Source of the DNA: Eledone cirrhosa | Lineage: Eukaryota | Length of the DNA: 64,000 nucleotides | Direction of reading: 5' to 3' | Assembly (NCBI GenBank): GCA_964016885.1 | Contig: OZ024743.1 | Span: 242,358,001-242,422,000 of the forward strand | In this document: positions 36,290 through 54,949 of the stretch, in pieces | Numbering within the stretch: the first letter of the stretch is position 1 | How the letters are laid out: each line of letters opens with the position of its first letter | The notes under the pieces: model-generated | What the model was told of the DNA's origin: nothing | What the model saw: only the letters and a program-made list of their open reading frames with translations | Database searches by the model: none | Made by a program: the position numbers and the translations under genes

Positions 36290-39200
36290 CAATGACATAC
36301 ACTAACATATACATGATACACTCGCAACACATACACACAATGACATACACTAACATATACATGATACACTCGCAACACATACACACAATGACATACACTA
36401 ACATATACATGATACACTCGCAACACATACACACAATGACATACACTAACATATACATGATACACTCGCAACACATACACACAATGATATACACTAACAT
36501 ATACATGATACACTCGCAACACATACACACAATGACATAGACTAACATATACATGATACACTCGCAACACATACACACAATGACATACACTAACATATAC
36601 AATGATATATACTAACATATACATGATACACTCGCAACACATACAAAATGATATACACTAACATATACATGATACACTCACAACATACACACAATGATAT
36701 ACACTAACATATACATGATACACTCGCAACACATACACAATGATATACACTAACATATACATGATACACTCACAACACATACACAAAATGATATACACTA
36801 ACATATACATGATACACTCGCAACACATACACACAATGACATACACTAACATATACAAGATACACTCACAACACATACACACAATGACATACACTAACAT
36901 ATACATGATACACTCGCAACACATACACACAATGATATACACTAAAATATACATGATACACTCGCAACACACACACAATGACATACACTAACATATACAT
37001 GATACACTCGCAACACATACACACAATGACATACACTAACATATACATGATACACTCGCAACACATAGACACAATGATATATACTAACATATACATGATA
37101 CACTCACAACACATACACACAATCACATACACTAACATATACATGATACACTCGCAACACATACACACAATGATATACACTAACATATACATGATACACT
37201 CGCAACACACACACAATGACAAACACTAACATATACATGATACACTCGCAACACATAGACACAATGATATACACTAACATATACATGATACACTCACAAC
37301 ACATACACCCAATGACATACACTAACATATACATGATACACTCGCAACACATACACACAATGATATACACTAACATATACATGATACACTCGCAACACAC
37401 ACACAATGACATACACTAACATATACATGATACACTCGCAACACATACACAATGATATACACTAACATATACATGATACACTCGCAACACATACACACAA
37501 TGATATACACTAACATATACATGATACACTCGCAACACATACACACAATGACATACACTAACATATACATGATACACTCGCAACACATACACACAATGAT
37601 ATATACTAACATATACATGATACACTCGCAACACATACACAATGATATACACTAACATATAAATGATACACTCACAACATACACACAATGATATACACTA
37701 ACATATACATGATACACTCGCAACACATACACAATGATATACACTAACATATACATGATACACTGGCAACACATACACACAATGACATACACTAACATAT
37801 ACATGATACACTCGCAACACATACACACAATGATATACACTAACATATACATGATACACTCGCAACACACACACAATGACAAACACTAACATATACATGA
37901 TACACTCGCAACACATAGACACAATGATATACACTAACATATACATGATACACTCACAACACATACACACAATGACATACACTAACATATACATGATCCA
38001 CTTGCAACACATACACACAATGATATACACTAATATATACATGATACACTCGCAACACATACACACAATGATATACACTAACATATACATGATACACTCG
38101 CAACACATACACACAATGATATACACTAACATATACATGATACACTCGCAACACATAGACACAATGATATACACTAACATATACATGATACACTCACAAC
38201 ACATACACACAATGACGTACACTAACATATACATGATACACTCGCAACACATACACACAATGATATACACTAACATATACATGATACACTCGCAACACAT
38301 ACACACAATGATATACACTAACATATACATGATACACTCGCAACACATACACACAATGACAAACACTAACATATACATGATACACTCGCAACACATAGAC
38401 ACAATGATATACACTAACATATATATGATACACTCACAACACATACACACAATGACAGACACTAACATATACATGATACACTCGCAACACATACACACAA
38501 TGATATACACTAACATATACATGATACACTCGCAACACACACACAATGACATACACTAACATATACATGATACACTCGCAACACATACGCAATGATATAC
38601 ACTAACATATACATGATACACTCGCAACACATACACACAATGATATACACTAACATATACATGATACACTCGCAACACATACACACAATGACATACACTA
38701 ACATATACAAGATACACTCGCAACACATACACACAATGACATACACTAACATATACATGATACACTCGCAGCACATACACACAATGACATACACTAACAT
38801 ATACATGATACACTCGCAACACATACACACAATGACATACACTAACATATACATGATACACTCGCAACACATACACAATGACATACACTAACATATACAT
38901 GATACACTCGCAACACATACACACAATGATATACACTAACATATACAAGATACACTCGCAACACATACACAATGATATACACTAACATATATATGATACA
39001 CTCGCAACACATACACACAATGATATATACTAACATATACATGATACACACGCAACACACACACAATGACAAACACTAACATATACATGATACACTCGCA
39101 ACACATAGACACAATGATATACACTAACATATACATGATACACTCGCAACACATACACACAATGATATACACTAACATATACATGATACACTCGCAACAC

Positions 39201-42200
39201 ATACACACAATGACATACACTAACATATACACGATACACTCGCAACACATACACACAATGACATACACTAACATATACATGATACACTCGCAACACATAC
39301 ACACAATGATATACACTAACATATACATGATACACTCGCAACACATACACACAATGACATAGACTAACATATACATGATACACTCGCAACACATACACAC
39401 AATGACATACACTAACATATACAATGATATATTCTAACATATACATGATACACTCGCAACACATACACAATGATATACACTAACATATACATGATACACT
39501 CACAACATACACACAATGATATACACTAACATATACATGATACACTCGCAACACATACACAATGATATACACTAACATATACATGATACACTCACAACAC
39601 ATACACAAAATGATATACACTAACATATACATGATACACTCGCAACACATACACACAATGACATACACTAACATATACAAGATACACTCACAACACATAC
39701 ACACAATGACATACACTAACATATACATGATACACTCGCAACACATACACACAATGATATACACTAAAATATACATGATACACTCGCAACACACACACAA
39801 TGACATACACTAACATATACATGATACACTCGCAACACATACACACAATGACATACACTAACATATACATGATACACTCGCAACACATAGACACAATGAT
39901 ATATACTAACATATACATGATACACTCACAACACATACACACAATCACATACACTAACATATACATGATACACTCGCAACACATACACACAATGATATAC
40001 ACTAACATATACATGATACACTCGCAACACACACACAATGACAAACACTAACATATACATGATACACTCGCAACACATAGACACAATGATATACACTAAC
40101 ATATACATGATACACTCACAACACATACACCCAATGACATACACTAACATATACATGATACACTCGCAACACATACACACAATGATATACACTAACATAT
40201 ACATGATACACTCGCAACACACACACAATGACATACACTAACATATACATGATACACTCGCAACACATACACACAATGACATACACTAACATATACATGA
40301 TACACTCGCAACACATACACACAATGACATACACTAACATATACATGATACACTCGCAACACATACACACAATGACATACACTAACATATACATGATACA
40401 CTCGCAACACATACACACAATGATATACACTAACATATACATGATACACTCGCAACACATACACACAATGACATAGACTAACATATACATGATACACTCG
40501 CAACACATACACACAATGACATACACTAACATATACAATGATATATACTAACATATACATGATACACTCGCAACACATACAAAATGATATACACTAACAT
40601 ATACATGATACACTCACAACATACACACAATGATATACACTAACATATACATGATACACTCGCAACACATACACAATGATATACACTAACATATACATGA
40701 TACACTCACAACACATACACAAAATGATATACACTAACATATACATGATACACTCGCAACACATACACACAATGACATACACTAACATATACAAGATACA
40801 CTCACAACACATACACACAATGACATACACTAACATATACATGATACACTCGCAACACATACACACAATGATATACACTAAAATATACATGATACACTCG
40901 CAACACACACACAATGACATACACTAACATATACATGATACACTCGCAACACATACACACAATGACATACACTAACATATACATGATACACTCGCAACAC
41001 ATAGACACAATGATATATACTAACATATACATGATACACTCACAACACATACACACAATCACATACACTAACATATACATGATACACTCGCAACACATAC
41101 ACACAATGATATACACTAACATATACATGATACACTCGCAACACACACACAATGACAAACACTAACATATACATGATACACTCGCAACACATAGACACAA
41201 TGATATACACTAACATATACATGATACACTCACAACACATACACCCAATGACATACACTAACATATACATGATACACTCGCAACACATACACACAATGAT
41301 ATACACTAACATATACATGATACACTCGCAACACACACACAATGACATACACTAACATATACATGATACACTCGCAACACATACACAATGATATACACTA
41401 ACATATACATGATACACTCGCAACACATACACACAATGATATACACTAACATATACATGATACACTCGCAACACATACACACAATGACATACACTAACAT
41501 ATACATGATACACTCGCAACACATACACACAATGATATATACTAACATATACATGATACACTCGCAACACATACACAATGATATACACTAACATATAAAT
41601 GATACACTCACAACATACACACAATGATATACACTAACATATACATGATACACTCGCAACACATACACAATGATATACACTAACATATACATGATACACT
41701 GGCAACACATACACACAATGACATACACTAACATATACATGATACACTCGCAACACATACACACAATGATATACACTAACATATACATGATACACTCGCA
41801 ACACACACACAATGACAAACACTAACATATACATGATACACTCGCAACACATAGACACAATGATATACACTAACATATACATGATACACTCACAACACAT
41901 ACACACAATGACATACACTAACATATACATGATCCACTTGCAACACATACACACAATGATATACACTAATATATACATGATACACTCGCAACACATACAC
42001 ACAATGATATACACTAACATATACATGATACACTCGCAACACATACACACAATGATATACACTAACATATACATGATACACTCGCAACCCATAGACACAA
42101 TGATATACACTAACATATACATGATACACTCACAACACATACACACAATGACGTACACTAACATATACATGATACACTCGCAACACATACGCAATGATAT

Positions 42201-45200
42201 ACACTAACATATACATGATACACTCGCAACACATACACACAATGATATACACTAACATATACATGATACACTCGCAACACATACACACAATGACATACAC
42301 TAACATATACAAGATACACTCGCAACACATACACACAATGACATACACTAACATATACATGATACACTCGCAGCACATACACACAATGACATACACTAAC
42401 ATATACATGATACACTCGCAACACATACACACAATGACATACACTAACATATACATGATACACTCGCAACACATACACAATGACATACACTAACATATAC
42501 ATGATACACTCGCAACACATACACACAATGATATACACTAACATATACAAGATACACTCGCAACACATACACAATGATATACACTAACATATATATGATA
42601 CACTCGCAACACATACACACAATGATATATACTAACATATACATGATACACACGCAACACACACACAATGACAAACACTAACATATACATGATACACTCG
42701 CAACACATAGACACAATGATATACACTAACATATACATGATACACTCGCAACACATACACACAATGATATACACTAACATATACATGATACACTCGCAAC
42801 ACATACACACAATGACATACACTAACATATACACGATACACTCGCAACACATACACACAATGACATACACTAACATATACATGATACACTCGCAACACAT
42901 ACACACAATGATATACACTAACATATACATGATACACTCGCAACACATACACACAATGACATAGACTAACATATACATGATACACTCGCAACACATACAC
43001 ACAATGACATACACTAACATATACAATGATATATTCTAACATATACATGATACACTCGCAACACATACACAATGATATACACTAACATATACATGATACA
43101 CTCACAACATACACACAATGATATACACTAACATATACATGATACACTCGCAACACATACACAATGATATACACTAACATATACATGATACACTCACAAC
43201 ACATACACAAAATGATATACACTAACATATACATGATACACTCGCAACACATACACACAATGACATACACTAACATATACAAGATACACTCACAACACAT
43301 ACACACAATGACATACACTAACATATACATGATACACTCGCAACACATACACACAATGATATACACTAAAATATACATGATACACTCGCAACACACACAC
43401 AATGACATACACTAACATATACATGATACACTCGCAACACATACACACAATGACATACACTAACATATACATGATACACTCGCAACACATAGACACAATG
43501 ATATATACTAACATATACATGATACACTCACAACACATACACACAATCACATACACTAACATATACATGATACACTCGCAACACATACACACAATGATAT
43601 ACACTAACATATACAAGATACACTCACAACACATACACACAATGACATACACTAACATATACATGATACACTCGCAACACATACACACAATGATATACAC
43701 TAAAATATACATGATACACTCGCAACACACACACAATGACATACACTAACATATACATGATACACTCGCAACACATACACACAATGACATACACTAACAT
43801 ATACATGATACACTCGCAACACATAGACACAATGATATATACTAACATATACATGATACACTCACAACACATACACACAATCACATACACTAACATATAC
43901 ATGATACACTCGCAACACATACACACAATGATATACACTAACATATACATGATACACTCGCAACACACACACAATGACAAACACTAACATATACATGATA
44001 CACTCGCAACACATAGACACAATGATATACACTAACATATACATGATACACTCACAACACATACACCCAATGACATACACTAACATATACATGATACACT
44101 CGCAACACATACACACAATGATATACACTAACATATACATGATACACTCGCAACACACACACAATGACATACACTAACATATACATGATACACTCGCAAC
44201 ACATACACAATGATATACACTAACATATACATGATACACTCGCAACACATACACACAATGATATACACTAACATATACATGATACACTCGCAACACATAC
44301 ACACAATGACATACACTAACATATACATGATACACTCGCAACACATACACACAATGATATATACTAACATATACATGATACACTCGCAACACATACACAA
44401 TGATATACACTAACATATAAATGATACACTCACAACATACACACAATGATATACACTAACATATACATGATACACTCGCAACACATACACAATGATATAC
44501 ACTAACATATACATGATACACTGGCAACACATACACACAATGACATACACTAACATATACATGATACACTCGCAACACATACACACAATGATATACACTA
44601 ACATATACATGATACACTCGCAACACACACACAATGACAAACACTAACATATACATGATACACTCGCAACACATAGACACAATGATATACACTAACATAT
44701 ACATGATACACTCACAACACATACACACAATGACATACACTAACATATACATGATCCACTTGCAACACATACACACAATGATATACACTAATATATACAT
44801 GATACACTCGCAACACATACACACAATGATATACACTAACATATACATGATACACTCGCAACACATACACACAATGATATACACTAACATATACATGATA
44901 CACTCGCAACCCATAGACACAATGATATACACTAACATATACATGATACACTCACAACACATACACACAATGACGTACACTAACATATACATGATACACT
45001 CGCAACACATACGCAATGATATACACTAACATATACATGATACACTCGCAACACATACACACAATGATATACACTAACATATACATGATACACTCGCAAC
45101 ACATACACACAATGACATACACTAACATATACAAGATACACTCGCAACACATACACACAATGACATACACTAACATATACATGATACACTCGCAGCACAT

Positions 45201-48200
45201 ACACACAATGACATACACTAACATATACATGATACACTCGCAACACATACACACAATGACATACACTAACATATACATGATACACTCGCAACACATACAC
45301 AATGACATACACTAACATATACATGATACACTCGCAACACATACACACAATGATATACACTAACATATACAAGATACACTCGCAACACATACACAATGAT
45401 ATACACTAACATATATATGATACACTCGCAACACATACACACAATGATATATACTAACATATACATGATACACACGCAACACACACACAATGACAAACAC
45501 TAACATATACATGATACACTCGCAACACATAGACACAATGATATACACTAACATATACATGATACACTCGCAACACATACACACAATGATATACACTAAC
45601 ATATACATGATACACTCGCAACACATACACACAATGACATACACTAACATATACACGATACACTCGCAACACATACACACAATGACATACACTAACATAT
45701 ACATGATACACTCGCAACACATACACACAATGATATACACTAACATATACATGATACACTCGCAACACATACACACAATGACATAGACTAACATATACAT
45801 GATACACTCGCAACACATACACACAATGACATACACTAACATATACAATGATATATTCTAACATATACATGATACACTCGCAACACATACACAATGATAT
45901 ACACTAACATATACATGATACACTCACAACATACACACAATGATATACACTAACATATACATGATACACTCGCAACACATACACAATGATATACACTAAC
46001 ATATACATGATACACTCACAACACATACACAAAATGATATACACTAACATATACATGATACACTCGCAACACATACACACAATGACATACACTAACATAT
46101 ACAAGATACACTCACAACACATACACACAATGACATACACTAACATATACATGATACACTCGCAACACATACACACAATGATATACACTAAAATATACAT
46201 GATACACTCGCAACACACACACAATGACATACACTAACATATACATGATACACTCGCAACACATACACACAATGACATACACTAACATATACATGATACA
46301 CTCGCAACACATAGACACAATGATATATACTAACATATACATGATACACTCACAACACATACACACAATCACATACACTAACATATACATGATACACTCG
46401 CAACACATACACACAATGATATACACTAACATATACATGATACACTCGCAACACACACACAATGACAAACACTAACATATACATGATACACTCGCAACAC
46501 ATAGACACAATGATATACACTAACATATACATGATACACTCACAACACATACACCCAATGACATACACTAACATATACATGATACACTCGCAACACATAC
46601 ACACAATGATATACACTAACATATACATGATACACTCGCAACACACACACAATGACATACACTAACATATACATGATACACTCGCAACACATACACACAA
46701 TGACATACACTAACATATACATGATACACTCGCAACACATACACACAATGACATACACTAACATATACATGATACACTCGCAACACATACACACAATGAC
46801 ATACACTAACATATACATGATACACTCGCAACACATACACACAATGATATACACTAACATATACATGATACACTCGCAACACATACACACAATGACATAG
46901 ACTAACATATACATGATACACTCGCAACACATACACACAATGACATACACTAACATATACAATGATATATACTAACATATACATGATACACTCGCAACAC
47001 ATACAAAATGATATACACTAACATATACATGATACACTCACAACATACACACAATGATATACACTAACATATACATGATACACTCGCAACACATACACAA
47101 TGATATACACTAACATATACATGATACACTCACAACACATACACAAAATGATATACACTAACATATACATGATACACTCGCAACACATACACACAATGAC
47201 ATACACTAACATATACAAGATACACTCACAACACATACACACAATGACATACACTAACATATACATGATACACTCGCAACACATACACACAATGATATAC
47301 ACTAAAATATACATGATACACTCGCAACACACACACAATGACATACACTAACATATACATGATACACTCGCAACACATACACACAATGACATACACTAAC
47401 ATATACATGATACACTCGCAACACATAGACACAATGATATATACTAACATATACATGATACACTCACAACACATACACACAATCACATACACTAACATAT
47501 ACATGATACACTCGCAACACATACACACAATGATATACACTAACATATACATGATACACTCGCAACACACACACAATGACAAACACTAACATATACATGA
47601 TACACTCGCAACACATAGACACAATGATATACACTAACATATACATGATACACTCACAACACATACACCCAATGACATACACTAACATATACATGATACA
47701 CTCGCAACACATACACACAATGATATACACTAACATATACATGATACACTCGCAACACACACACAATGACATACACTAACATATACATGATACACTCGCA
47801 ACACATACACAATGATATACACTAACATATACATGATACACTCGCAACACATACACACAATGATATACACTAACATATACATGATACACTCGCAACACAT
47901 ACACACAATGACATACACTAACATATACATGATACACTCGCAACACATACACACAATGATATATACTAACATATACATGATACACTCGCAACACATACAC
48001 AATGATATACACTAACATATAAATGATACACTCACAACATACACACAATGATATACACTAACATATACATGATACACTCGCAACACATACACAATGATAT
48101 ACACTAACATATACATGATACACTGGCAACACATACACACAATGACATACACTAACATATACATGATACACTCGCAACACATACACACAATGATATACAC

Positions 48201-51200
48201 TAACATATACATGATACACTCGCAACACACACACAATGACAAACACTAACATATACATGATACACTCGCAACACATAGACACAATGATATACACTAACAT
48301 ATACATGATACACTCACAACACATACACACAATGACATACACTAACATATACATGATCCACTTGCAACACATACACACAATGATATACACTAATATATAC
48401 ATGATACACTCGCAACACATACACACAATGATATACACTAACATATACATGATACACTCGCAACACATACACACAATGATATACACTAACATATACATGA
48501 TACACTCGCAACCCATAGACACAATGATATACACTAACATATACATGATACACTCACAACACATACACACAATGACGTACACTAACATATACATGATACA
48601 CTCGCAACACATACACACAATGATATACACTAACATATACATGATACACTCGCAACACATACACACAATGATATACACTAACATATACATGATACACTCG
48701 CAACACATACACACAATGACAAACACTAACATATACATGATACACTCGCAACACATAGACACAATGATATACACTAACATATATATGATACACTCACAAC
48801 ACATACACACAATGACAGACACTAACATATACATGATACACTCGCAACACATACACACAATGATATACACTAACATATACATGATACACTCGCAACACAC
48901 ACACAATGACATACACTAACATATACATGATACACTCGCAACACATACGCAATGATATACACTAACATATACATGATACACTCGCAACACATACACACAA
49001 TGATATACACTAACATATACATGATACACTCGCAACACATACACACAATGACATACACTAACATATACAAGATACACTCGCAACACATACACACAATGAC
49101 ATACACTAACATATACATGATACACTCGCAGCACATACACACAATGACATACACTAACATATACATGATACACTCGCAACACATACACACAATGACATAC
49201 ACTAACATATACATGATACACTCGCAACACATACACAATGACATACACTAACATATACATGATACACTCGCAACACATACACACAATGATATACACTAAC
49301 ATATACAAGATACACTCGCAACACATAGACACAATGATATATACTAACATATACATGATACACTCACAACACATACACACAATCACATACACTAACATAT
49401 ACATGATACACTCGCAACACATACACACAATGATATACACTAACATATACATGATACACTCGCAACACACACACAATGACAAACACTAACATATACATGA
49501 TACACTCGCAACACATAGACACAATGATATACACTAACATATACATGATACACTCACAACACATACACCCAATGACATACACTAACATATACATGATACA
49601 CTCGCAACACATACACACAATGATATACACTAACATATACATGATACACTCGCAACACACACACAATGACATACACTAACATATACATGATACACTCGCA
49701 ACACATACACAATGATATACACTAACATATACATGATACACTCGCAACACATACACACAATGATATACACTAACATATACATGATACACTCGCAACACAT
49801 ACACACAATGACATACACTAACATATACATGATACACTCGCAACACATACACACAATGATATATACTAACATATACATGATACACTCGCAACACATACAC
49901 AATGATATACACTAACATATAAATGATACACTCACAACATACACACAATGATATACACTAACATATACATGATACACTCGCAACACATACACAATGATAT
50001 ACACTAACATATACATGATACACTGGCAACACATACACACAATGACATACACTAACATATACATGATACACTCGCAACACATACACACAATGATATACAC
50101 TAACATATACATGATACACTCGCAACACACACACAATGACAAACACTAACATATACATGATACACTCGCAACACATAGACACAATGATATACACTAACAT
50201 ATACATGATACACTCACAACACATACACACAATGACATACACTAACATATACATGATCCACTTGCAACACATACACACAATGATATACACTAATATATAC
50301 ATGATACACTCGCAACACATACACACAATGATATACACTAACATATACATGATACACTCGCAACACATACACACAATGATATACACTAACATATACATGA
50401 TACACTCGCAACACATAGACACAATGATATACACTAACATATACATGATACACTCACAACACATACACACAATGACGTACACTAACATATACATGATACA
50501 CTCGCAACACATACACACAATGATATACACTAACATATACATGATACACTCGCAACACATACACACAATGATATACACTAACATATACATGATACACTCG
50601 CAACACATACACACAATGACAAACACTAACATATACATGATACACTCGCAACACATAGACACAATGATATACACTAACATATATATGATACACTCACAAC
50701 ACATACACACAATGACAGACACTAACATATACATGATACACTCGCAACACATACACACAATGATATACACTAACATATACATGATACACTCGCAACACAC
50801 ACACAATGACATACACTAACATATACATGATACACTCGCAACACATACGCAATGATATACACTAACATATACATGATACACTCGCAACACATACACACAA
50901 TGATATACACTAACATATACATGATACACTCGCAACACATACACACAATGACATACACTAACATATACAAGATACACTCGCAACACATACACACAATGAC
51001 ATACACTAACATATACATGATACACTCGCAGCACATACACACAATGACATACACTAACATATACATGATACACTCGCAACACATACACACAATGACATAC
51101 ACTAACATATACATGATACACTCGCAACACATACACAATGACATACACTAACATATACATGATACACTCGCAACACATACACACAATGATATACACTAAC

Positions 51201-52500
51201 ATATACAAGATACACTCGCAACACATACACAATGATATACACTAACATATATATGATACACTCGCAACACATACACACAATGATATATACTAACATATAC
51301 ATGATACACACGCAACACACACACAATGACAAACACTAACATATACATGATACACTCGCAACACATAGACACAATGATATACACTAACATATACATGATA
51401 CACTCGCAACACATACACACAATGATATACACTAACATATACATGATACACTCGCAACACATACACACAATGACATACACCAACATATACACGATACACT
51501 CGCAACACATACACACAATGACATACACTAACATATACATGATACACTCGCAACACATACACACAATGATATACACTAACATATACATGATACACTCGCA
51601 ACACATACACACAATGACATACACTAACATATACAATGATATATTCTAACATATACATGATACACTCGCAACACATACACAATGATATACACTAACATAT
51701 ACATGATACACTCACAACATACACACAATGATATACACTAACATATACATGATACACTCGCAACACATACACAATGATATACACTAACATATACATGATA
51801 CACTCACAACACATACACAAAATGATATACACTAACATATACATGATACACTCGCAACACATATACACAATGACATACACTAACATATACAAGATACACT
51901 CACAACACATACACACAATGACATACACTAACATATACATGATACACTCGCAACACATACACACAATGATATACACTAAAATATACATGATACACTCGCA
52001 ACACACACACAATGACATACACTAACATATACATGATACACTCGCAACACATACACACAATGACATACACTAACATATACATGATACACTCGCAACACAT
52101 AGACACAATGATATATACTAACATATACATGATACACTCACAACACATACACACAATCACATACACTAACATATACATGATACACTCGCAACACATACAC
52201 ACAATGATATACACTAACATATACATGATACACTCGCAACACACACACAATGACAAACACTAACATATACATGATACACTCGCAACACATAGACACAATG
52301 ATATACACTAACATATACATGATACACTCACAACACATACACCCAATGACATACACTAACATATACATGATACACTCGCAACACATACACACAATGATAT
52401 ACACTAACATATACATGATACACTCGCAACACACACACAATGACATACACTAACATATACATGATACACTCGCAACACATACACAATGATATACACTAAC
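36290..52500. repeat. Domain of variable-length higher-order units marked by GATCCACTTG (spacings 3936, 2822, 3602, 1900 bp)
   Basis: The GATC variant lies at 37995, 41931, 44753, 48355 and 50255, each followed by a GACGTAC variant. ORF series 37876, 41812, 44634, 48236, 50136. Confidence 0.88.
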
Positions 52501-54949
52501 ATATACATGATACACTCGCAACACATACACACAATGATATACACTAACATATACATGATACACTCGCAACACATACACACAATGACATACACTAACATAT
52601 ACATGATACACTCGCAACACATACACACAATGACATACACTAACATATACATGATACACTCGCAACACATACACACAATGATATACACTAACATATACAT
52701 GATACACTCGCAACACATACACACAATGACATAGACTAACATATACATGATACACTCGCAACACATACACACAATGACATACACTAACATATACAATGAT
52801 ATATACTAACATATACATGATACACTCGCAACACATACACAATGATATACACTAACATATACATGATACACTCACAACATACACACAATGATATACACTA
52901 ACATATACATGATACACTCGCAACACATACACAATGATATACACTAACATATACATGATACACTCACAACACATACACAAAATGATATACACTAACATAT
53001 ACATGATACACTCGCAACACATACACACAATGACATACACTAACATATACAAGATACACTCACAACACATACACACAATGACATACACTAACATATACAT
53101 GATACACTCGCAACACATACACACAATGATATACACTAAAATATACATGATACACTCGCAACACACACACAATGACATACACTAACATATACATGATACA
53201 CTCGCAACACATACACACAATGACATACACTAACATATACATGATACACTCGCAACACATAGACACAATGATATATAATAACATATACATGATACACTCA
53301 CAACACATACACACAATCACATACACTAACATATACATGATACACTCGCAACACATACACACAATGATATACACTAACATATACATGATACACTCGCAAC
53401 ACACACACAATGACAAACACTAACATATACATGATAGACTCGCAATACATACACACAATGATATATACTAACATATACATGATACACTCGCAACACATAC
53501 ACACAATGACATACACTAACATATACATGATACACTCGCAACACATACACACAGTGACATACACTAACATATACATGATACACTCGCAACACATACACAC
53601 AATGACATACACTAAAAAATACATGATACACTCGCAACACATACACACAATGACATACACTAACATATACATGATACACTCGCAACACATACACACAATG
53701 ATATATACTAACATATACATGATACACTCGCAACACACACACAATGACAAACACTAACATATACATGATACACTCGCAACACATAGACACAATGATATAC
53801 ACTAACATATATATGATACACTCACAACACATACACACAATGACAGACACTAACATATACATGATACACTCGCAACACATACACACAATGATATACACTA
53901 ACATATACATGATACACTCGCAACACACACACAATGACATACACTAACATATACATGATACACTCGCAACACATACGCAATGATATACACTAACATATAC
54001 ATGATACACTCGCAACACATACACACAATGATATACACTAACATATACATGATACACTCGCAACACATACACACAATGACATACACTAACATATACAAGA
54101 TACACTCGCAACACATACACACAATGACATACACTAACATATACATGATACACTCGCAGCACATACACACAATGACATACACTAACATATACATGATACA
54201 CTCGCAACACATACACACAATGACATACACTAACATATACATGATACACTCGCAACACATACACACAATGACATACACTAACATATACATGATACACTCG
54301 CAACACATACACACAATGATATACACTAACATATACAAGATACACTCGCAACACATACACAATGATATACACTAACATATATATGATACACTCGCAACAC
54401 ATACACACAATGATATATACTAACATATACATGATACACACGCAACACACACACAATGACAAACACTAACATATACATGATACACTCGCAACACATAGAC
54501 ACAATGTTATACACTAACATATACATGATACACTCGCAACACATACACACAATGATATACACTAACATATACATGATACACTCGCAACACACACACAATG
54601 ACATACACTAACATATACATGATACACTCGCAACACATACACACAATGACATACACTAACATATACATGATACACTCGCAACACATACACACAATGACAT
54701 ACACTAACATATACATGATACACTCGCAACACATACACACAATGACATACACTAACATATACATGATACACTCGCAACACATACACACAATGACATAGAC
54801 TAACATATACATGATACACTCGCAACACATACACACAATGACATACACTAACATATACAATGATATATACTAACATATACATGATACACTCGCAACACAT
54901 ACAAAATGATATACACTAACATATACATGATACACTCACAACATACACA

